A stretch of DNA of 42,810 nucleotides from a virus: the IMG/VR virus record IMGVR_UViG_3300048929_000691. One strand, given 5' to 3'. Shown here piece after piece: positions 39,976-42,810 of this stretch. A program made the position numbers and the translations under genes. The notes under the pieces were generated by a model. That model made no database searches. It saw only the letters and a program-made list of their open reading frames with translations, and had not been told where the DNA came from. Every line of letters begins with the position of its first letter. The stretch's first letter is position 1.

Positions 39976-40494
39976 CTATTGTTTTTCTTTATTTTCTGTT
40001 TCAACCTTTGAATTATCTTCTTTTTCAATATCTTGAATATTAGATACAAGCATTCTCCAAATTATATATTCTCCAGCTTGTGCAAGAGCCATCATCATTC
40101 TTCTTACAGAAAGATCTTCTTTATCATAATTTTCATCGACAATCTTACCATCTTTTATTAATGGAAGCATTGATGGAATTATCTTTTCTAATGCAATTTT
40201 TTGAGCTGCATCAATTTCTTTCTTAAAGAATTCTTCATTTTCACATAATGCTTGAGATATGTATACAAGCGCTTTTGACAAAGCTATATATCCTTGTCTT
40301 ACAGTAAATTCATTATCAGCATCAAGTTCATCACTAATAACCTTTAAGATTTTCTCTAAAGCTGGAGCCATAATCTCATTATCTTTTTTTGAAATATCTT
40401 GTACCTCCTCAAATACTTTATCTTTTTTAATAGTTTTTGCATTTTTATTTTTCAATTTAATTCCTTCTTTCCTGGCAGATAAAATCTCTGCCAT
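39976..40494 (-). CDS. Hypothetical protein
   Basis: 172-aa helical ORF, co-oriented. Confidence 0.65.
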   Translation of the reverse strand: MAEILSARKEGIKLKNKNAKTIKKDKVFEEVQDISKKDNEIMAPALEKILKVISDELDADNEFTVRQGYIALSKALVYISQALCENEEFFKKEIDAAQKIALEKIIPSMLPLIKDGKIVDENYDKEDLSVRRMMMALAQAGEYIIWRMLVSNIQDIEKEDNSKVETENKEKQ

Positions 40495-40512
40495 ATTTCT
40501 ATATATAATTAA

Positions 40513-40863
40513 TTAAAAATTAATTTTCTCCACATTTTTATTTTTAAAATATTCAATTATGGGTACTAACTGCATTGATATTATCTTGGTCCTTTCAGTT
40601 TCTGCATATATACTTTTCAACATTTTTTCCAACTTATAGGAACCATTTAAATTAACTATTAAATACTCAACACTTAAATGTGTTAATACAAAATATTCTA
40701 TTTTATTTACATTAAGCTGTTTCTTCAATTCAATTGCAATATAGTTATCTCCTACTATTGCATAACCATCCTTTAATAAAGCTTCATAATATTTCCTAGA
40801 TTTTTCAACAATTAAATTCAAGACATCCCTTTTAAAATCTCTCGTAGTTTTTCCTCCTTGCAT
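40513..40863 (-). CDS. Hypothetical protein
   Basis: 116-aa ORF; a GTCGA box lies about 30 bp upstream. Confidence 0.55.
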   Translation of the reverse strand: MQGGKTTRDFKRDVLNLIVEKSRKYYEALLKDGYAIVGDNYIAIELKKQLNVNKIEYFVLTHLSVEYLIVNLNGSYKLEKMLKSIYAETERTKIISMQLVPIIEYFKNKNVEKINF

Positions 40864-41109
40864 ACCTTATGATGTCAACAATTAATTCTATAGTCTAAAT
40901 CGACTTATTATTGCATTGCTATTCTCTTTATATATTACAGCTATTAATTTAAATTTGCTGCATGAACTTTTAAAAATCACTTAAAGTTCTTTATTTATAT
41001 ATAAATTTTAATTAATATTGTAGAGCCCCCTCCAATAAATTTTGAAAGAATTTATTCATTAATTGAACATTGATAATTGGCAATTAGAACATATATAACT
41101 AACCTTTTA

Positions 41110-41784
41110 TTATCTATATAATCTATCATATTCAAAAACTAATTCATCCCCTATTTTATCAATAGTCTTATACCATTTAGAATCGGCACTGTAGTATTTA
41201 TTAACTTTACTTGTGCTCCCTCCACTATAATAACAAGCCCCAGGTGTTAAATAATAGGTTCTAAGCTGCCTTGCCAAATCAATTATACATTCATATTTTG
41301 AAGCATATACAGTTCCTTTTGATGAATCAAATTGAACATCCATACCTGTAATATTGTTATTCCCATTATTAGCTCTCAAGCTTTCATCCCACCCAGACTC
41401 GGCAGCTGCTATTGCAACTAGAGCAAAGGCATTTACCTTATACTGCCTTTCTGCATCAACAAAAGCATCTGAAAGCTTTAATAAATTTGCATGATGTGAA
41501 GTATTAAGTACATTTTCCATCTCTTTATGGGTGATTCCACTTGGAATTCCTATATCATAGCTATTAAACCCAACCCGTGCTCTACGCTCTTTTTCTTCCT
41601 GCTGCATTTCTACAACTTCAATTAAACTTTCATTTACTCTAATCAATGACATATCTGCTAAGTGATTATTGATTTTTTCCTTGGCTGCACATTTGTAATC
41701 AAAATTGCTGCTTCCACTACAGATTCCTAAATTTATTAAGAAAACAGAACATAAACATAGTGGTAATATTTTTGTTATTACCAT
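41110..41784 (-). CDS. GH73 glucosaminidase-domain peptidoglycan hydrolase
   Basis: NAFALVAIAAAESGW, NNITG and YYSADSKW motifs; N-terminal signal/anchor. Confidence 0.85.
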   Translation of the reverse strand: MVITKILPLCLCSVFLINLGICSGSSNFDYKCAAKEKINNHLADMSLIRVNESLIEVVEMQQEEKERRARVGFNSYDIGIPSGITHKEMENVLNTSHHANLLKLSDAFVDAERQYKVNAFALVAIAAAESGWDESLRANNGNNNITGMDVQFDSSKGTVYASKYECIIDLARQLRTYYLTPGACYYSGGSTSKVNKYYSADSKWYKTIDKIGDELVFEYDRLYR

Positions 41785-41879
41785 TTAATTCCCCCTTCTA
41801 ATATAGCCTAACTATTGCCATTTTTTCAATACCTTTTTAAGTCGAAAACGACTTAAAGCTGTTAATAATTTTTCTAATT

Positions 41880-42314
41880 TTAACAGCATAAATGCTTAGG
41901 ATCAATTAAGTTTACTTCTGCATTGTATTTAGAAAACACAAGTTCTCTATTATAGATATCCTGCTTATTAGCAATATGTAAAGAATAACTTCCAGTTTGT
42001 ATCTTCTCTACTGCTATGTCCTGCAAGACTATTCCACCAAACAATAACACTTCCTCAAGAAATTTAATTTTGTCATTATCAGTAAGGAACTCAAAAATAT
42101 CTCCCATATTTTCCACATGAAATTTAAATAAAATATCTTTTCTTTTCAGGCTATACACAACATAAAAGTTACATTTCTCAATTTTATTAGATTTTTTATA
42201 ATATCTTTTGCTGCATTTAAAAATATAAAAATCTCCAACAGAAGCTTTAAATTCTAAATACAATAAAATATTACATGCTCGCTCTTTATTACTAATATTA
42301 ACCATTTCCTTCAT
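41880..42314 (-). CDS. Hypothetical protein
   Basis: GGGGGA RBS, 144 aa. Confidence 0.6.
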   Translation of the reverse strand: MKEMVNISNKERACNILLYLEFKASVGDFYIFKCSKRYYKKSNKIEKCNFYVVYSLKRKDILFKFHVENMGDIFEFLTDNDKIKFLEEVLLFGGIVLQDIAVEKIQTGSYSLHIANKQDIYNRELVFSKYNAEVNLIDPKHLCC

Positions 42315-42443
42315 GGTAATTCCCCCATAGTCAAAAGTAGTACAATACTATGTTACCACATTTTGGTCGTAATCGAAATAGACTCTTAACATTTTTTTGT
42401 AAAATTACTAAAAAGTTTTCTTTAGGGCTTATTTTTCTAGTTT

Positions 42444-42499
42444 CAAATAAAAAATTTATATATATAGTATAAATACTATATATATAAATTTTTTATTTG
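42444..42499. repeat. 56-bp palindrome (perfect 27-bp arms)
   Basis: CAAATAAAAAATTTATATATATAGTAT-AA-ATACTATATATATAAATTTTTTATTTG. Confidence 0.9.
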
Positions 42500-42626
42500 C
42501 CATATATTTTACACTTTTATTTCTTATATATGATTTTTAATAAATACTTTTGCTTTTTTATAATAGCTAATTATACTTTAAGACCTTACTTAGTATATTT
42601 TTAAGTGACAGCTTAAGTAATATTTT

Positions 42627-42739
42627 GTATTATTATTAGTTACTATTAATGTAACTCTTTATGTTATTAATAGAGTAAGTAAATAAATTACTTTTTGCGT
42701 TACTAAAAGTGTTATTTTTGTTGTTACATTATGAGTTAC
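42627..42739. repeat. 12-bp-period GTNAC array 3
   Basis: Pentamers at 42627, 42639, 42651, 42663, 42675, 42687, 42699, 42711, 42723 and 42735. Confidence 0.85.
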
Positions 42740-42810
42740 TTATTTATAAGCATATCCTATATATATAAATAGATTATATGATTAATATTACAAATATTAT
42801 AGGTAAATTT

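Larger units (their letters stand above)
1..42810. mobile_element. Part of a large prophage / phage-plasmid (boundaries outside the window)
   Basis: Tail, lysis, virion, sigma, DnaE and lone GroES genes, with no host housekeeping operon. Confidence 0.8.

Noticed and set aside
502-40516. Short antisense or overlapping ORFs in the track (e.g. 502-708, 5424-5729, 13242-13760, 15939-16316, 19958-20266, 29758-30579, 31696-32136, 39540-39761, 40259-40516)
   Set aside because: They are shadows of longer genes with recognisable motifs.

Overview
Very AT-rich, clostridial-type (Clostridium sensu stricto-like; inferred from choline-binding-repeat proteins, YyaC and composition) segment of a large prophage or phage-plasmid. 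1-15039 (+): tail-fibre genes, holin plus GH25 endolysin, an operon of large paralogous virion/baseplate-like proteins, small Zn-finger ORFs and a sigma-70-family factor. 15320-42314 (-): YhcG/DUF1016 nuclease, PadR-like regulator, a second fibre-like protein, a replication cluster (DnaE lacking its OB fold, UDG-like and UvsY-like ORFs, lone GroES), surface-protein cargo (BspA-type LRR gene broken by one TAG, cell-wall-binding proteins), an IS110 with a readable bridge RNA inserted in an IS1182 relic, YyaC, a RavA/ViaA pair and a GH73 hydrolase. The most striking unexplained signals are non-coding: (i) three arrays of a GTNAC-like pentamer at 12-bp period, about 7 kb apart, resembling distributed centromeres; (ii) a dispersed palindrome GTCGAWWTCGAC (about 15 copies, many at promoters); (iii) a 23-bp palindrome inside the yhcG gene duplicated in inverted orientation just downstream of it; (iv) a ~190-nt rod-like hairpin between viaA and yyaC; (v) a repeated gene-junction module in the tail-fibre cluster. 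All family calls come from reading motifs by eye; no database searches were run.
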